Positions 53,596 through 64,000 of a stretch of DNA of 64,000 bases are shown here, in pieces. Both the position numbers and the translations under genes were made by a program. The stretch is taken from positions 88,370-152,369 of the forward strand of contig JBBDNK010000001.1 in the NCBI GenBank assembly GCA_040877625.1, given 5' to 3'. Positions within the stretch are counted from its first letter, which is position 1. Each line of letters begins with the position of its first letter. The notes under the pieces are model-generated. The model worked only from the letters and a program-made list of their open reading frames with translations, searched no databases and was not told where the DNA came from. The DNA is from Aquisalimonadaceae bacterium. GTDB taxonomy: Bacteria; Pseudomonadota; Gammaproteobacteria; Nitrococcales; Aquisalimonadaceae.

Positions 53596-55308
53596 ATGCA
53601 ACTTTCCCGCTTTCCGCTATCGACCACCAAGGAAACCCCGGCCGACGCCGAGATCATCAGTCACCAGCTCATGCTGCGCGCGGGCCTCATACGCCGCCTG
53701 GCGGCAGGGCTGTATACCTGGATGCCCCTGGGACTGCGGGTGCTGCGCAAGGTGGAGCGCATCGTCCGCGAGGAAATGGAACGCAGCGGCGCCGTGGAAC
53801 TGCTGATGCCGGCGGTGCAACCGGCGGAACTGTGGCAGGAATCCGGTCGCTGGCAACAATACGGCCCGGAACTGCTGCGTCTGAAGGACCGCCATCAGCG
53901 GGATTTCTGCATAGGCCCGACACATGAGGAAGTGATCACCGACCTGGTGCGCCGCGAGATCCGCAGCTACAAGCAGCTACCGGTGAACTTTTACCAGATC
54001 CAGACCAAGTTTCGCGACGAAATCCGGCCGCGCTTCGGCGTCATGCGGGCGCGTGAGTTCGTCATGAAGGACGCTTATTCCTTTCACCTCGACAATGCAT
54101 CGCTGGAGGAGACCTACCAGCGGATGTACGCCGCGTACAGCCGGATATTCACCCGCACCGGGCTGAAATTTCGGGCCGTGCTGGCCGATACGGGCAGCAT
54201 CGGCGGCCATACCTCTCACGAATTTCACGTACTGGCGGACTCTGGCGAGGATGCCATCGCCTTTTCCGACACCGGCACCTACGCAGCCAATGTCGAACTC
54301 GCGGAGGCTCTGGCTCCGGTCGACGAGAGCACCGACGGAACCGGGGAAACCCTGCGTCTGGTAGACACACCGAATGTAAAGACAATCGCCGACCTGACCA
54401 GCGGCCACGGCCTGCCGGTGGAGAAGACCGTCAAGACCCTGATCGTTCACGATGCCAAGGGTGGCCTCATGGCTCTGATCGTGCGCGGGGACCACACTCT
54501 GAACACTGTCAAGGCAGCCAATCTGCCCGCGGTGGCGGACCCCCTGGTACTTGCCGGCGATGAAGAGATCCGTGCCACCATCGGAGCCGGCCCGGGTTCT
54601 CTGGGGCCTGTCGGGCTTTCCATTCCCTGCATCGTTGACCGCGGTGTTGCGGTAATGACCGACTTTGCCGCCGGCGCCAATCAGGATGGCAAGCACTACT
54701 TCGGCATCAACTGGGGGCGCGACGTGCCGCTTCCGGACGTGGCTGATCTTCGCAATGTCGTTCCCGGCGACCCCAGCCCCGACGGCAATGGCCGCCTGGA
54801 CATCGCCCGCGGCATTGAGGTTGGCCACATCTTCCAGCTCGGCCGCAAGTACAGCGAGGCCATGGGCGCATCCGTGCTCAATGAATCCGGCGACAGCGTG
54901 CCGGTCACCATGGGCTGTTATGGCATTGGCGTCTCGCGTATCGTTGCCGCCGCGGTGGAGCAGAACCATGACAGCGCCGGCATCACCTGGCCGGCACCGA
55001 TTGCACCGTTTCAGGTCGCCATCGTCTCCATCAACCTGCAACGCTCGGAAGCGGTCCGTGAGGCCTCCGAGCATCTCTACCACGCATTGCGCACGGCCGG
55101 CGTCGACGTTTGCTGGGATGACCGCGATCTGCGCCCAGGCGTAAAATTTGCCGATATCGAACTTATCGGCATCCCTCACCGTATCGCCATCGGTGATCGT
55201 GGGCTGGAGAACGGAACCGTGGAGTACCGGGCACGTACCGCAAAAGAGAATGAAGAATGGCCGCTGGACAACGCCGTAGAGATGCTGCTGGATCGGCTCC
55301 GGCGCTGA
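53596..55308 (+). CDS. proS: Proline--tRNA ligase (bacterial type with INS editing domain)
   Basis: 570 aa with class II motifs ([26 protein letters not shown]). Confidence 0.96.
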   Translation: MQLSRFPLSTTKETPADAEIISHQLMLRAGLIRRLAAGLYTWMPLGLRVLRKVERIVREEMERSGAVELLMPAVQPAELWQESGRWQQYGPELLRLKDRHQRDFCIGPTHEEVITDLVRREIRSYKQLPVNFYQIQTKFRDEIRPRFGVMRAREFVMKDAYSFHLDNASLEETYQRMYAAYSRIFTRTGLKFRAVLADTGSIGGHTSHEFHVLADSGEDAIAFSDTGTYAANVELAEALAPVDESTDGTGETLRLVDTPNVKTIADLTSGHGLPVEKTVKTLIVHDAKGGLMALIVRGDHTLNTVKAANLPAVADPLVLAGDEEIRATIGAGPGSLGPVGLSIPCIVDRGVAVMTDFAAGANQDGKHYFGINWGRDVPLPDVADLRNVVPGDPSPDGNGRLDIARGIEVGHIFQLGRKYSEAMGASVLNESGDSVPVTMGCYGIGVSRIVAAAVEQNHDSAGITWPAPIAPFQVAIVSINLQRSEAVREASEHLYHALRTAGVDVCWDDRDLRPGVKFADIELIGIPHRIAIGDRGLENGTVEYRARTAKENEEWPLDNAVEMLLDRLRR

Positions 55309-55892
55309 GGCGGCTTTATCATGCCGCCTGCACCCTGCTGCTCGCCGGCCTGCTGATTCTGGCCGGCGAGCGGCTCGCCATGGCGGAGACGCCGGCCGTC
55401 GACCCTGCGCTGCGAGAGGCATTGAAGGAAGCGGCAAACAGCACGGAAAGCTTTGAAAACCGCTTTGTTGCGGAAGTCTGGCTTCTCGACATGTCGCTGC
55501 GCCTGCAGCGCCGCGTGCCAGATCACCAGAAACGCATGCAGCTGCTGCGCAAGGTGCACTTCGAAGCCAGCCGCGCCGAGCTACAGCCGGAACTGGTCCT
55601 GGCGGTCATCGAAGTGGAAAGCAACTTCAACCGCTTCGCCATTTCCTCAGCTGGCGCCAGGGGGCTGATGCAGATCATGCCTTTCTGGCTCAACGAAATC
55701 GGTCGCCCTGAGGATAACCTTTTCCATATGGCCACCAACCTGCGCTTCGGCTGTACCATCCTCCGACACTATCTGGATATCGAGCGCGGCGACCTTACCC
55801 GTGCCCTGGCCCGTTACAACGGCAGCCTGGGCAAGACCTGGTATCCGGAACGGGTGTATCGCGCCATGGACCGCCGCTGGTACATTCAGTAA
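55257..55892 (+). CDS. Lytic transglycosylase (SLT domain) protein
   Basis: 211 aa with a signal-like segment and catalytic-Glu motif VIEVESNFN...[10 protein letters not shown]. The ATG start overlaps the proS 3' end by 52 nt, so the start is uncertain. Confidence 0.8.
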   Translation: MAAGQRRRDAAGSAPALRRLYHAACTLLLAGLLILAGERLAMAETPAVDPALREALKEAANSTESFENRFVAEVWLLDMSLRLQRRVPDHQKRMQLLRKVHFEASRAELQPELVLAVIEVESNFNRFAISSAGARGLMQIMPFWLNEIGRPEDNLFHMATNLRFGCTILRHYLDIERGDLTRALARYNGSLGKTWYPERVYRAMDRRWYIQ

Positions 55893-55954
55893 AGGAGACA
55901 CTGATTTATTCCCATGGTGCTCTGCGGAGCCATGGGAATATATCAGTGTCTCCT
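55893..55954. repeat. 62-nt near-perfect palindrome: two inverted full-length copies of the GGAGACACTG-type repeat
   Basis: AGGAGACACTGATTTATTCCCATGG (55893-55917) and CCATGGGAATATATCAGTGTCTCCT (55930-55954) pair at 24 of 25 positions, with a 12-nt loop. It starts 1 nt after the SLT-gene stop. Confidence 0.85.
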
Positions 55955-55970
55955 AAAGCCTGGAGGGCGG

Positions 55971-56828
55971 ATGAAACGACTTCTCATAGCAGGCTGCGGA
56001 CAGCTGGGTAGCCAGTTGGGCAGCCTGCTCGCGGAACAGGGCGTCACCGTATTCGGCCTGCGCCGAAATGTGCGTGACATTCCGCGGCCGATCAATCCCG
56101 TTGCAGCTGATCTCGGCGAACGCGATCAGCTGACACGTGCGCTCCCGAGCGGACTGAATGCCGTTGTCTATCTGGCGACCCCCGGCATGTTCAATGACGA
56201 AGCGTATCGCAAGACCTACGTCGACGGGCTAAAGAACCTGATCGGCGCACTGGTCGATGGCGGCCAATCGCCCGACCGCCTGTTATTGGTCTCAAGCACG
56301 TCCGTCTACGGTCAGACCGATGGCAGCTGGGTTGACGAGAACACGCCAGCGGCCCCCGGCGGTTTTTCCGGAACCCGGTTGCTGGAAGCCGAACAACGTC
56401 TCGCGCAAGGGCCGTATCCGGGCGTGATAGTCCGCTTTGGCGGCATTTACGGCGCGAATCGAACGCGCATGCTTAAACGCGTACGCGAAGGCACGCCGGT
56501 GGTGAACACCCCGCCCCAGTACACCAACAGAATCCATCAGGATGACTGCGTCGGCGTGCTCGCCCACCTGCTTCGACTGCCCGCGCCGGCATCACTGTAC
56601 CTCGGGGTGGATGACACGCCATGCACGATGGCGCAACTCACCGACTGGCTCGCCGACACCATGGGCTTGCCGCGACCGGTGCATATCAACGGCGATGCGG
56701 GCGGCGTTCGCGGCAGCAACAAACGCTGCAGCAACAAACGCCTGCGGGAAAGCGGCTATCGGTTCCGCTATCCCGGCTATCGGCAAGGCTATCTGGAGAT
56801 GCTCGGTCGTGAGACGTCCGGTGGTTAG
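55971..56828 (+). CDS. NAD(P)-dependent oxidoreductase/epimerase (extended SDR family)
   Basis: Starts MKRLLIAGCGQLGSQLG (Rossmann Gly motif). The ATG at 55971 is preceded by GGAGGG. The ORF-track start at 55914 lies inside the palindrome and is rejected. Confidence 0.7.
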   Translation: MKRLLIAGCGQLGSQLGSLLAEQGVTVFGLRRNVRDIPRPINPVAADLGERDQLTRALPSGLNAVVYLATPGMFNDEAYRKTYVDGLKNLIGALVDGGQSPDRLLLVSSTSVYGQTDGSWVDENTPAAPGGFSGTRLLEAEQRLAQGPYPGVIVRFGGIYGANRTRMLKRVREGTPVVNTPPQYTNRIHQDDCVGVLAHLLRLPAPASLYLGVDDTPCTMAQLTDWLADTMGLPRPVHINGDAGGVRGSNKRCSNKRLRESGYRFRYPGYRQGYLEMLGRETSGG

Positions 56829-57211
56829 TATTTCGCCTCGGCCATGCCCAGCATGAGATCCAGCATGCCGTCTTCCGCTCCCACATAGGGCAGGACGTGA
56901 ATCCTTACATGCGGGTATTGTTCCCGGCCGGGAAGCAGCTGTTCGGGAATATCCTTTGTCACATGCCGGCCGGCAGACAGAAAATACGGCAGTATCACGA
57001 TCTCCGCCGCACCGTCGGCGACGCATGCATCGACCGCTTCCGGAATGGATGGCTCCGCCAGCTCCAGAAAGGCGCAGCATACCCGCTGGAATCGTTCCCC
57101 AGCCCGTACCGCAAACCGCTCGGCCAGGCGGCGCACTTCCTCATTGGAGGCCTCCCGGCGGCTGCCGTGAGCGATGATCAACAGGTGGCGCATGGCGCGG
57201 ATGCTCTCCAC
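56825..57211 (-). CDS. cbiX: Short-form CbiX/SirB-type sirohydrochlorin chelatase
   Basis: 128 aa (122 aa from the second Met) with LLIIAHGSRR...ILPYFLSAGRHV, typical of a single-domain CbiX. Its stop overlaps the convergent SDR stop by 4 nt. Confidence 0.75.
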   Translation of the reverse strand: MESIRAMRHLLIIAHGSRREASNEEVRRLAERFAVRAGERFQRVCCAFLELAEPSIPEAVDACVADGAAEIVILPYFLSAGRHVTKDIPEQLLPGREQYPHVRIHVLPYVGAEDGMLDLMLGMAEAKY

Positions 57212-57297
57212 AGAGGCTCAGGGCGACTCCCAGTCAGTATACCGGACGCAACAACGGGGCCCTTTGAAGGCCCCGTTTCAGATAAACAGACAAGGCG

Positions 57298-57642
57298 TCA
57301 GCGCTGCTGACCGGGCGTATTGAGTTCGCCCTGCTGAGCGGAGAACCAGGCACCCAGGTCGCGCATGTCCTGCCGCGACAGGTCCTCCACCTGCGCACGC
57401 ATGATGGCGTTCTGACGCGTGCCGGACTGATAGGCCCGCAGCGCCTGCACGATATAATCCGTGTGCTGACCGTTCAGACGCGGCCACTCCGGGTTGCCCT
57501 CCACCGCCGAGGCGGAATGGCAGGCCAGGCAGGCCTGCGCCTTCTCCTCACCGGCAGCCGCATCGCCTCGCTCGATGGCGGAAGCCGGCAGGGCCAGCAG
57601 AAGCAGGCTGAATAGTGAAATTACAAACAGGAACGGTTTCAT
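57298..57642 (-). CDS. Monoheme class I cytochrome c (c4-domain-like)
   Basis: 114 aa with a signal peptide, haem motif CLACH, distal Met context IMRAQV and DMRDLGAWF near the C-terminus. Confidence 0.82.
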   Translation of the reverse strand: MKPFLFVISLFSLLLLALPASAIERGDAAAGEEKAQACLACHSASAVEGNPEWPRLNGQHTDYIVQALRAYQSGTRQNAIMRAQVEDLSRQDMRDLGAWFSAQQGELNTPGQQR

Positions 57643-57663
57643 GAATCTGCCTCTGGCGCGTCG

Positions 57664-57990
57664 TTATTTCTGGCGGGCAAAGTACGCGGCGATATCGCGC
57701 ATTTCCTGATCACCCAGCTCCATGGTCTGGGCACGCATGGTGGGATGATCACGGTCACCTGTCTGGTAGGCCTTGAGGGCACCGTAAAGGTACGCTTCAT
57801 TCTGGCCACCGATTTTCGGCACGCGGTAGGACGGATAGGCGTTACGCGCGCCCTGAATGCCATGGCAGCCGAGGCAGGTCGCGGCAAGTTCGCCGCCGGC
57901 CACGGGATCAGCGTCTTCCGCCTGGGCTGGACCGACCGCTAGCGCGGCGCCGGTTACTGCGGCCATAAGAATACTCTTCAGTCTCATCAT
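57664..57990 (-). CDS. Monoheme class I cytochrome c (c4-domain-like)
   Basis: 108 aa from MMRLKS with a signal peptide, haem motif CLGCH, distal Met context TMRAQT and EMRDIAAYF. The ORF-track N-terminal extension is rejected. Confidence 0.82.
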   Translation of the reverse strand: MMRLKSILMAAVTGAALAVGPAQAEDADPVAGGELAATCLGCHGIQGARNAYPSYRVPKIGGQNEAYLYGALKAYQTGDRDHPTMRAQTMELGDQEMRDIAAYFARQK

Positions 57991-58120
57991 TCTCTCTCGA
58001 TGCTGCTCGCTACGCCGGCCCGGTCGGACCCCGGCAAAAACAGGGCAATATGTTTCCATGGATCGCCCCGGGGGTAAAGGCGCCGCTGATGAAAATTCGC
58101 GCAAGCCTGCATGCAGGCGG

Positions 58121-58396
58121 TCAGAGTATGCGAAACCCCTTATCGGGAATGACATCTACCTGTTCATGTTGCAATTCGGCCACCTCCGCGTTCGGCGGCC
58201 CCTGACGAAGCCAGTCAAGTAGTGCCGCTACGGCTTCCGGAGTCCCCCGCGCCAGCACGTCGACCCGTCCGTCCGGCAGATTGCGGGCGTAACCGTCAAT
58301 GCCGAGTGCGCGGGCCTGTTCCCGGGCACCGCCGCGAAACCAGACACCCTGGACACGACCGCTGACATGGCAATGCATGGTGATCCGCCCTGTCAT
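58121..58396 (-). CDS. acyP: Acylphosphatase
   Basis: 91 aa with VSGRVQGVWFR...GYARNLPDGRV, the acylphosphatase signature. ATGA overlap with the yihY stop. Confidence 0.87.
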   Translation of the reverse strand: MTGRITMHCHVSGRVQGVWFRGGAREQARALGIDGYARNLPDGRVDVLARGTPEAVAALLDWLRQGPPNAEVAELQHEQVDVIPDKGFRIL

Positions 58397-59742
58397 CGAT
58401 TGCCGCCCTCCTGCTGCGCGGGAGGCGCCCGGTTCACTTCCGGCGCATCCGCTTCCACAGCGGCAGCCCCCTCCCTCGTTGTGTCCGACTCGGCGACAAA
58501 GATCGTCTGCAAGGGCTTGGCCAGTGCCTGCTCCACGCCTTCCATGGCATCCCGAAGCAACGCCCCGATCTGGCGGTTCCATGCATTCTTCTCGCGCAGA
58601 TGTTCGGGAACATCGGCAAGCACGAATGGCGCGCCGCGATAGAGGTCCAGCAGCGTAAAGGTGGATGGATCGCGCGCCAGCATCCACTGACCATCTTCGG
58701 TCCGGCGTATCACGCGTGCGCGTTGCAGATCATTGATCGCTTCCTGCACCGCGAGGTCTCCCGCCTCCGGCTCCAGCCGCAGCAGCTCGTCCTTGCCCAG
58801 CGTTCGGCCGGACTGCTGGGCACGCCAGAAATCCCCGGTGAGACGGACCGCGAGCAGTAATGCCTGCCGCGGATCGGACAGCGAACCCTGGCGTCCCTCC
58901 CGGAATGTGCCCAGAGACTGCGTGAATACCGCCCCCAGCAACACCACCACCCAGGACAGGTAGATCCAGACCAGAAAAATCGGCAAGGTGGCCATCGCAC
59001 CGTAAATGGCTTCGTAGGATGGAAAACTTGTCACAAAATAGGCGAAACCGCGTTTCGCCAGCTCGAACAGCATGGCCGCGAACGCCGCCCCCGCCAGCGC
59101 ATGCAACAACGGCACCCGTCGGTTGGGCACGGCGCTATAGAGAAACGTAAAAGCAGCCAGTATGGCCAGTACCGGCGCGGCATTGAGCAGCATCTGGCGT
59201 ACGCCTCCGGCAGGGTCGACACCCGCGACTTCCGTCAACGCCACCAGATAGGATGAAAGCAGGAGGCTGAAGGCAACCAGAAACGGCCCCACGGTGATCA
59301 CCGTCCAGTAGACCATGAAGCTCTGTACCCGGCGCCGCTGCCGGGTGACCCGGAAGATACGATTCAGGGCCTTATCGATGGCTCCCATCATCAGCACGGC
59401 CGCCACCATGATGCCGATCATCCCCGCTGCGGTGAGGCCTGCGGCGCGGCGCGCAAAATCCTGCAAGTGGCTCTGCACCACCTCGCCGGAGGCAGGTACC
59501 AGATTATTGAACAGAAAATCCTGCACGCGGTCGTTGAAATTCTCGAACACCGGGAAGGCCGTCAGCACTGAGAAGCTCACTGCGAACAGCGGCACCAGGG
59601 AAAGCAGTGTGGTATACGCGAGTGTGGCGGCGGCATTCAGACAGTCGTCATCCACAAACCGGCGTACCAGGTAGCGCAGGAACCCCGCCAACTCCTCGAG
59701 GCCGGCAAGTGTCCGATCCCGAAACCGTTGCAGTCTGATCAC
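58393..59742 (-). CDS. yihY: YihY/BrkB family inner-membrane protein with C-terminal winged-helix-like extension
   Basis: Contains LNAAATLAYTTLLSLVPLFAV and six TM helices. The proposed GTG start at 59742 is preceded by GGGAGA. The remaining upstream ~214 codons of the 663-aa ORF-track call run antisense to arsC and wrbA and are rejected. Confidence 0.75.
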   Translation of the reverse strand: MIRLQRFRDRTLAGLEELAGFLRYLVRRFVDDDCLNAAATLAYTTLLSLVPLFAVSFSVLTAFPVFENFNDRVQDFLFNNLVPASGEVVQSHLQDFARRAAGLTAAGMIGIMVAAVLMMGAIDKALNRIFRVTRQRRRVQSFMVYWTVITVGPFLVAFSLLLSSYLVALTEVAGVDPAGGVRQMLLNAAPVLAILAAFTFLYSAVPNRRVPLLHALAGAAFAAMLFELAKRGFAYFVTSFPSYEAIYGAMATLPIFLVWIYLSWVVVLLGAVFTQSLGTFREGRQGSLSDPRQALLLAVRLTGDFWRAQQSGRTLGKDELLRLEPEAGDLAVQEAINDLQRARVIRRTEDGQWMLARDPSTFTLLDLYRGAPFVLADVPEHLREKNAWNRQIGALLRDAMEGVEQALAKPLQTIFVAESDTTREGAAAVEADAPEVNRAPPAQQEGGNR

Positions 59743-59856
59743 GTTAATTCTCCCAGTGTCGGCTCTACCATCGCCCGACGCGTGGTGATGCGGCCTTGGG
59801 CCGCCGCGTGGCCTGGCATACAATGCGCGCGCATACTGTTTACTGCGAGGTCCGCC

Positions 59857-61187
<1,331 letters not shown>

Positions 61188-61198
<11 letters not shown>

Positions 61199-61904
61199 AC
61201 AGCACGCGGCGTACAAATGGCACGGTCAATCGCCGCTGCGCGGCAAGGGCGGCCTGGTCCAGGCGGTCCAATAGCGAGAACAGGCTGCCGGCGTCACGGG
61301 GAACCCGGCTGATGAGGTAACGGCCGGTATCCGCCGGCAACTCCAGCCCACGGGCCAGGGCTCGCCGCTCCAGAGCCTGCAGCAGCTCCGGCTCCGACAG
61401 CGGCTGCAGGCGGTGAACCAGGCCCCAGCTCAGGCGGGATTCAAGATCCGGCAGCGAGATGCCCAATTTCGCCGGCCTGGCCGAGGCGCTGATGAGCAGA
61501 CGTCCTCCCGCCTCCAGCACCCGGTTGTAAAGATGGAATACCGCCTCTTCCCAGTTCGGCTTGCCGGCGACCAGGTGGAGATCATCCATGGCGATCAGGG
61601 CCAGACTCTCCAGCCCTTCCAGCAACCCCGGATCCAGGCCGTCCGTCTGCTCCAGCGGCAGATAAACCGCCTGCGCTCCGCGCTCGCCGCAACGCCGGCA
61701 CGCGGCCTGCAGCAGATGCGTGCGGCCGGTGCCGGAAGCTCCATGGAGGTAAACATAGCCTCCGCCTACCCCATCCGCCGCGGCGGCAACAGCCTCCACG
61801 GCCTGGATGTTCGCGCCCGGCACGAACTGCTCGAAGCCGGCGATATCGTTCCAGCGGATCGCCAGCGGCAACTGAGCCGTAACGGATTGCTCGCCCTGTG
61901 CCAT
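61188..61904 (-). CDS. hda: DnaA regulatory inactivator Hda
   Basis: Starts MAQGEQSVTAQLPLAIRWND, with AAA+ Walker A HGASGTGRTHLL. Its 3' end overlaps the convergent DUF2069 gene by 11 nt. Confidence 0.85.
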
Positions 61905-62015
61905 TGTCCAGGCCCTGGTCACTTTGCCCATTTAAGGGCGAAGAGTGTACCCTGCCCTCCCCTGGCACCGCCATGCCGCAGCAGCCCATGGTGCCGATAG
62001 ACTGGAGGAGGCACC

Positions 62016-63050
62016 ATGCTGTTACGCAATTTCGCTGCCGGCATCGCTCTGGCTTGCGCCCTGCTGCTGGTCGGAACCGGCCTGGTTCGGGCCGACATGC
62101 TCATCATGGACAACGGTGACCGGATCACCGGCACCTTCATCGAGCACACGGACGGCACGCTGATGTTCCGAGCCGACTATGCGGCGACAACGCTGCCAGT
62201 TCCGTGGCAACAGGTGAGTGGGCTGATCACGGATGAGATTATTCGCATCCTCCTGGAAGACGGCACCGAGATTGTCGGTCAGGCGGTGGAAACCGAGCCC
62301 GGCAGGCTGCGCATGGTTTCCGGAGACCTCGATGAGCCGGTGAGCTTCCGCGTGAGCCGCGTAACCTCCATTACCGGCTCCAGAACACCCCCCCGGGACT
62401 CCGTTCGCACCTCCGGCAATATCAACGTCGGCGGCACGCTGACCCGCGGCAATACGCGAACCGAAGCCGCCAATGCGAATGCCGCCTTCGAGGCAAGAAC
62501 CAACGTCAACCGTTTTCGCGCCGCCGGCGAAGTCAATCGCGCCAGCGACGATGACGAGCTGTTCCGCGACGACGCAAGCGCCTCCGCCCGGTATGACCAC
62601 TTCGTCTCCGAACGGGTCTACGTGAACAGCAGCATTGCTCTTAGCCGCGATCGGTTCAGGGATTTGCGGCTGCGCTCCTCGGCCGGTGTGGGCCTGGGTT
62701 ACCAGATATTCGAGAACCCGCGTCGCAGCTTGTCGGCGGAGCTGGGCGGCAGCTATGTCAGCCAGGAATACTATGATGCCGAAAACGAAACCAATCCCGC
62801 CTTCCGCTGGGCACTGGATTATGAAGAACGTCTGTTCACCGGCATCCGGCTGTTCCACAACCAGGAAGGGCTACAGAACCTGGAGGCCAGCAGCGAGCTG
62901 CTTCTAAGGACACGCACCGGCTTGCGTTTCCCACTGATAGCAGGCATCACCGGCACCATCCAGGCCAATGTCGATTACGACCATTCGCCGCCCGCGAACA
63001 GTCGGAGCACCGATTCCGCCTACCTGGTTACAGCGGGATATAGCTGGTAA
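62016..63050 (+). CDS. DUF481 outer-membrane beta-barrel protein (YdiY-like)
   Basis: 344 aa with a signal peptide, a repeated alternating beta-strand pattern and a C-terminal aromatic residue (YSW). Confidence 0.7.
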   Translation: MLLRNFAAGIALACALLLVGTGLVRADMLIMDNGDRITGTFIEHTDGTLMFRADYAATTLPVPWQQVSGLITDEIIRILLEDGTEIVGQAVETEPGRLRMVSGDLDEPVSFRVSRVTSITGSRTPPRDSVRTSGNINVGGTLTRGNTRTEAANANAAFEARTNVNRFRAAGEVNRASDDDELFRDDASASARYDHFVSERVYVNSSIALSRDRFRDLRLRSSAGVGLGYQIFENPRRSLSAELGGSYVSQEYYDAENETNPAFRWALDYEERLFTGIRLFHNQEGLQNLEASSELLLRTRTGLRFPLIAGITGTIQANVDYDHSPPANSRSTDSAYLVTAGYSW

Positions 63051-63121
63051 CAATACGGCCGCATAGTCTGCCGGCTTTTCGGGCCGCGGGCCGGGGCAAA
63101 TTGATCGCCACGGCCCGGTAT

Positions 63122-64000
63122 TTACCGCATGCGAAAGAAGTAATCGGGGTTTCGGCCACTGCCCTGCTCATCGGCTTGAGCGTCGCTGCCAATGTCCGCC
63201 TCGTCCACGCGTCCGGACTGCTGCAATGCGCGCAGCACACGGCTCGATTCAGCGTCAATCTCAACCCGATAATCCGTGAAGCGTTCATTTACCCGAGACG
63301 GATCGGCGCGCACGACGCCGCGGACACCGCTCAGCAATTGCTGCGCCCAGGCGTATTCCGCCAGACTGCGCATACCTTCGAAGCGGATGTAGATCACGCT
63401 CCCGGCACCTTCGGTCGACAGCCCGGACAGGCGTTCGGCAAGAAAGCCGGAAACACCATCCGCGGCCGAGGCCATGACCACCTCCAGACGCTCGTCACTG
63501 ACTGTCGTCTGGTAAGTCTCATCATCCCAGAACAGCACCCAACGGCCCCGCCAGTTGCCGCCACGCTCGGATAATCTGCCGACCAGCACGGCACTGGTCC
63601 GGTAACGCTCGGAGGCGGCGAGAACCGGCTCGCGAAAACCACCCCAGAGATCCGACGCGCGCATGGCCTGCTGATCCTCCAGGTCCAGCAGCGGCAATAA
63701 TACCGGCAGACCGCGTTCGGATGCAGTCCGGCGGAGCAGTTGCTGCACCTCAAGTCCGCGGTCACCACCGATCAACTCTCGTCCGGCGCCGCGGTCGGTG
63801 GCAAGCCAGACCAGAATCCGTGGCCGGTCTTCCGGGCTCCAGACCGCGATACGGCGATCACTCAGCGCCCGTTCAACCGCCGCCCCATCAAAACGCAGGT
63901 TGAGTTGACGCTCGGTCTCGCCGTCTTCACCTGTGGTCTGCTCATAATTGTACTGCTGCAGATAGCCCTCGGCGCCGGCCAGCACCTCCTCCACGTCCGG
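63122..64000 (-). CDS. DUF2066-like protein (5' end beyond the window)
   Basis: The frame stays open to the window edge and no signal peptide is visible, so the gene is N-terminally truncated by the window. The family assignment is from memory of hda-neighbouring genes and is tentative. Confidence 0.5.
   Translation of the reverse strand, partial: PDVEEVLAGAEGYLQQYNYEQTTGEDGETERQLNLRFDGAAVERALSDRRIAVWSPEDRPRILVWLATDRGAGRELIGGDRGLEVQQLLRRTASERGLPVLLPLLDLEDQQAMRASDLWGGFREPVLAASERYRTSAVLVGRLSERGGNWRGRWVLFWDDETYQTTVSDERLEVVMASAADGVSGFLAERLSGLSTEGAGSVIYIRFEGMRSLAEYAWAQQLLSGVRGVVRADPSRVNERFTDYRVEIDAESSRVLRALQQSGRVDEADIGSDAQADEQGSGRNPDYFFRMR

Overview
This is a high-GC segment of core chromosome, most likely gammaproteobacterial, since gene order matches the classical E. 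coli/Pseudomonas arrangements from memory. About 64 recognisable housekeeping CDSs and 9 tRNAs account for nearly all of it.

Gene blocks, in window order:
- Minus strand: tRNA(Pro-Arg-His-Lys-Leu)-tig-clpP-clpX-lon-hupB-tRNA(Val-Asp).
- folD.
- Minus strand: nnr-tsaE-amiB-mutL-miaA-hfq-hflX-hflK-hflC-yjeT-hisZ-purA-(AEC transporter)-rnr-rlmB-rpsF-rpsR-(membrane protein)-rplI-dnaB-alr-radA, divergent from queG-hemD-like. A plus-strand tRNA-Leu sits between the AEC transporter gene and rnr.
- pcnB-folK-dNK-panB-panC-panD.
- tRNA-Glu-RDD.
- lptF-lptG, divergent from pepA-holC-orf-valS.
- UDG-rimI.
- ilvH-ilvC-pssA.
- proS-SLT-SDR.
- cbiX, two monoheme cytochromes c, and yihY-acyP.
- arsC-wrbA-DUF2069, then hda, DUF481 and DUF2066.

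I found no transposase, integrase, phage gene, CRISPR array, toxin-antitoxin pair or recognisable defence gene. There is also no multi-gene cluster of unknown function. I therefore cannot support a claim of a novel protein-coding system in this window.

The most unusual signal is non-coding. It is a short repeat family with core (T/A)AGGAGACACTG and a full unit of about 24 nt, GGAGACACTGAWWTATTCCCATGG, found only in intergenic spacers:
- a 62-nt near-perfect palindrome at 55893-55954;
- a head-to-tail triplet at 12929-12986;
- an inverted pair at 35742-35773;
- single cores at 18870 and 3462.

Secondary observations:
- ilvH-ilvC lacks an adjacent catalytic-subunit gene.
- The rpsF operon has no priB and carries an embedded membrane-protein gene.
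- A HemD-like gene is translationally coupled to queG.
- A deoxynucleoside kinase sits inside the folK/pan cluster.
- A split cytochrome-c4-like gene pair lies next to a short-form CbiX.
- Several mRNA-tRNA co-transcription arrangements are apparent.

The many long ORFs on the strand opposite these genes are high-GC shadow frames.
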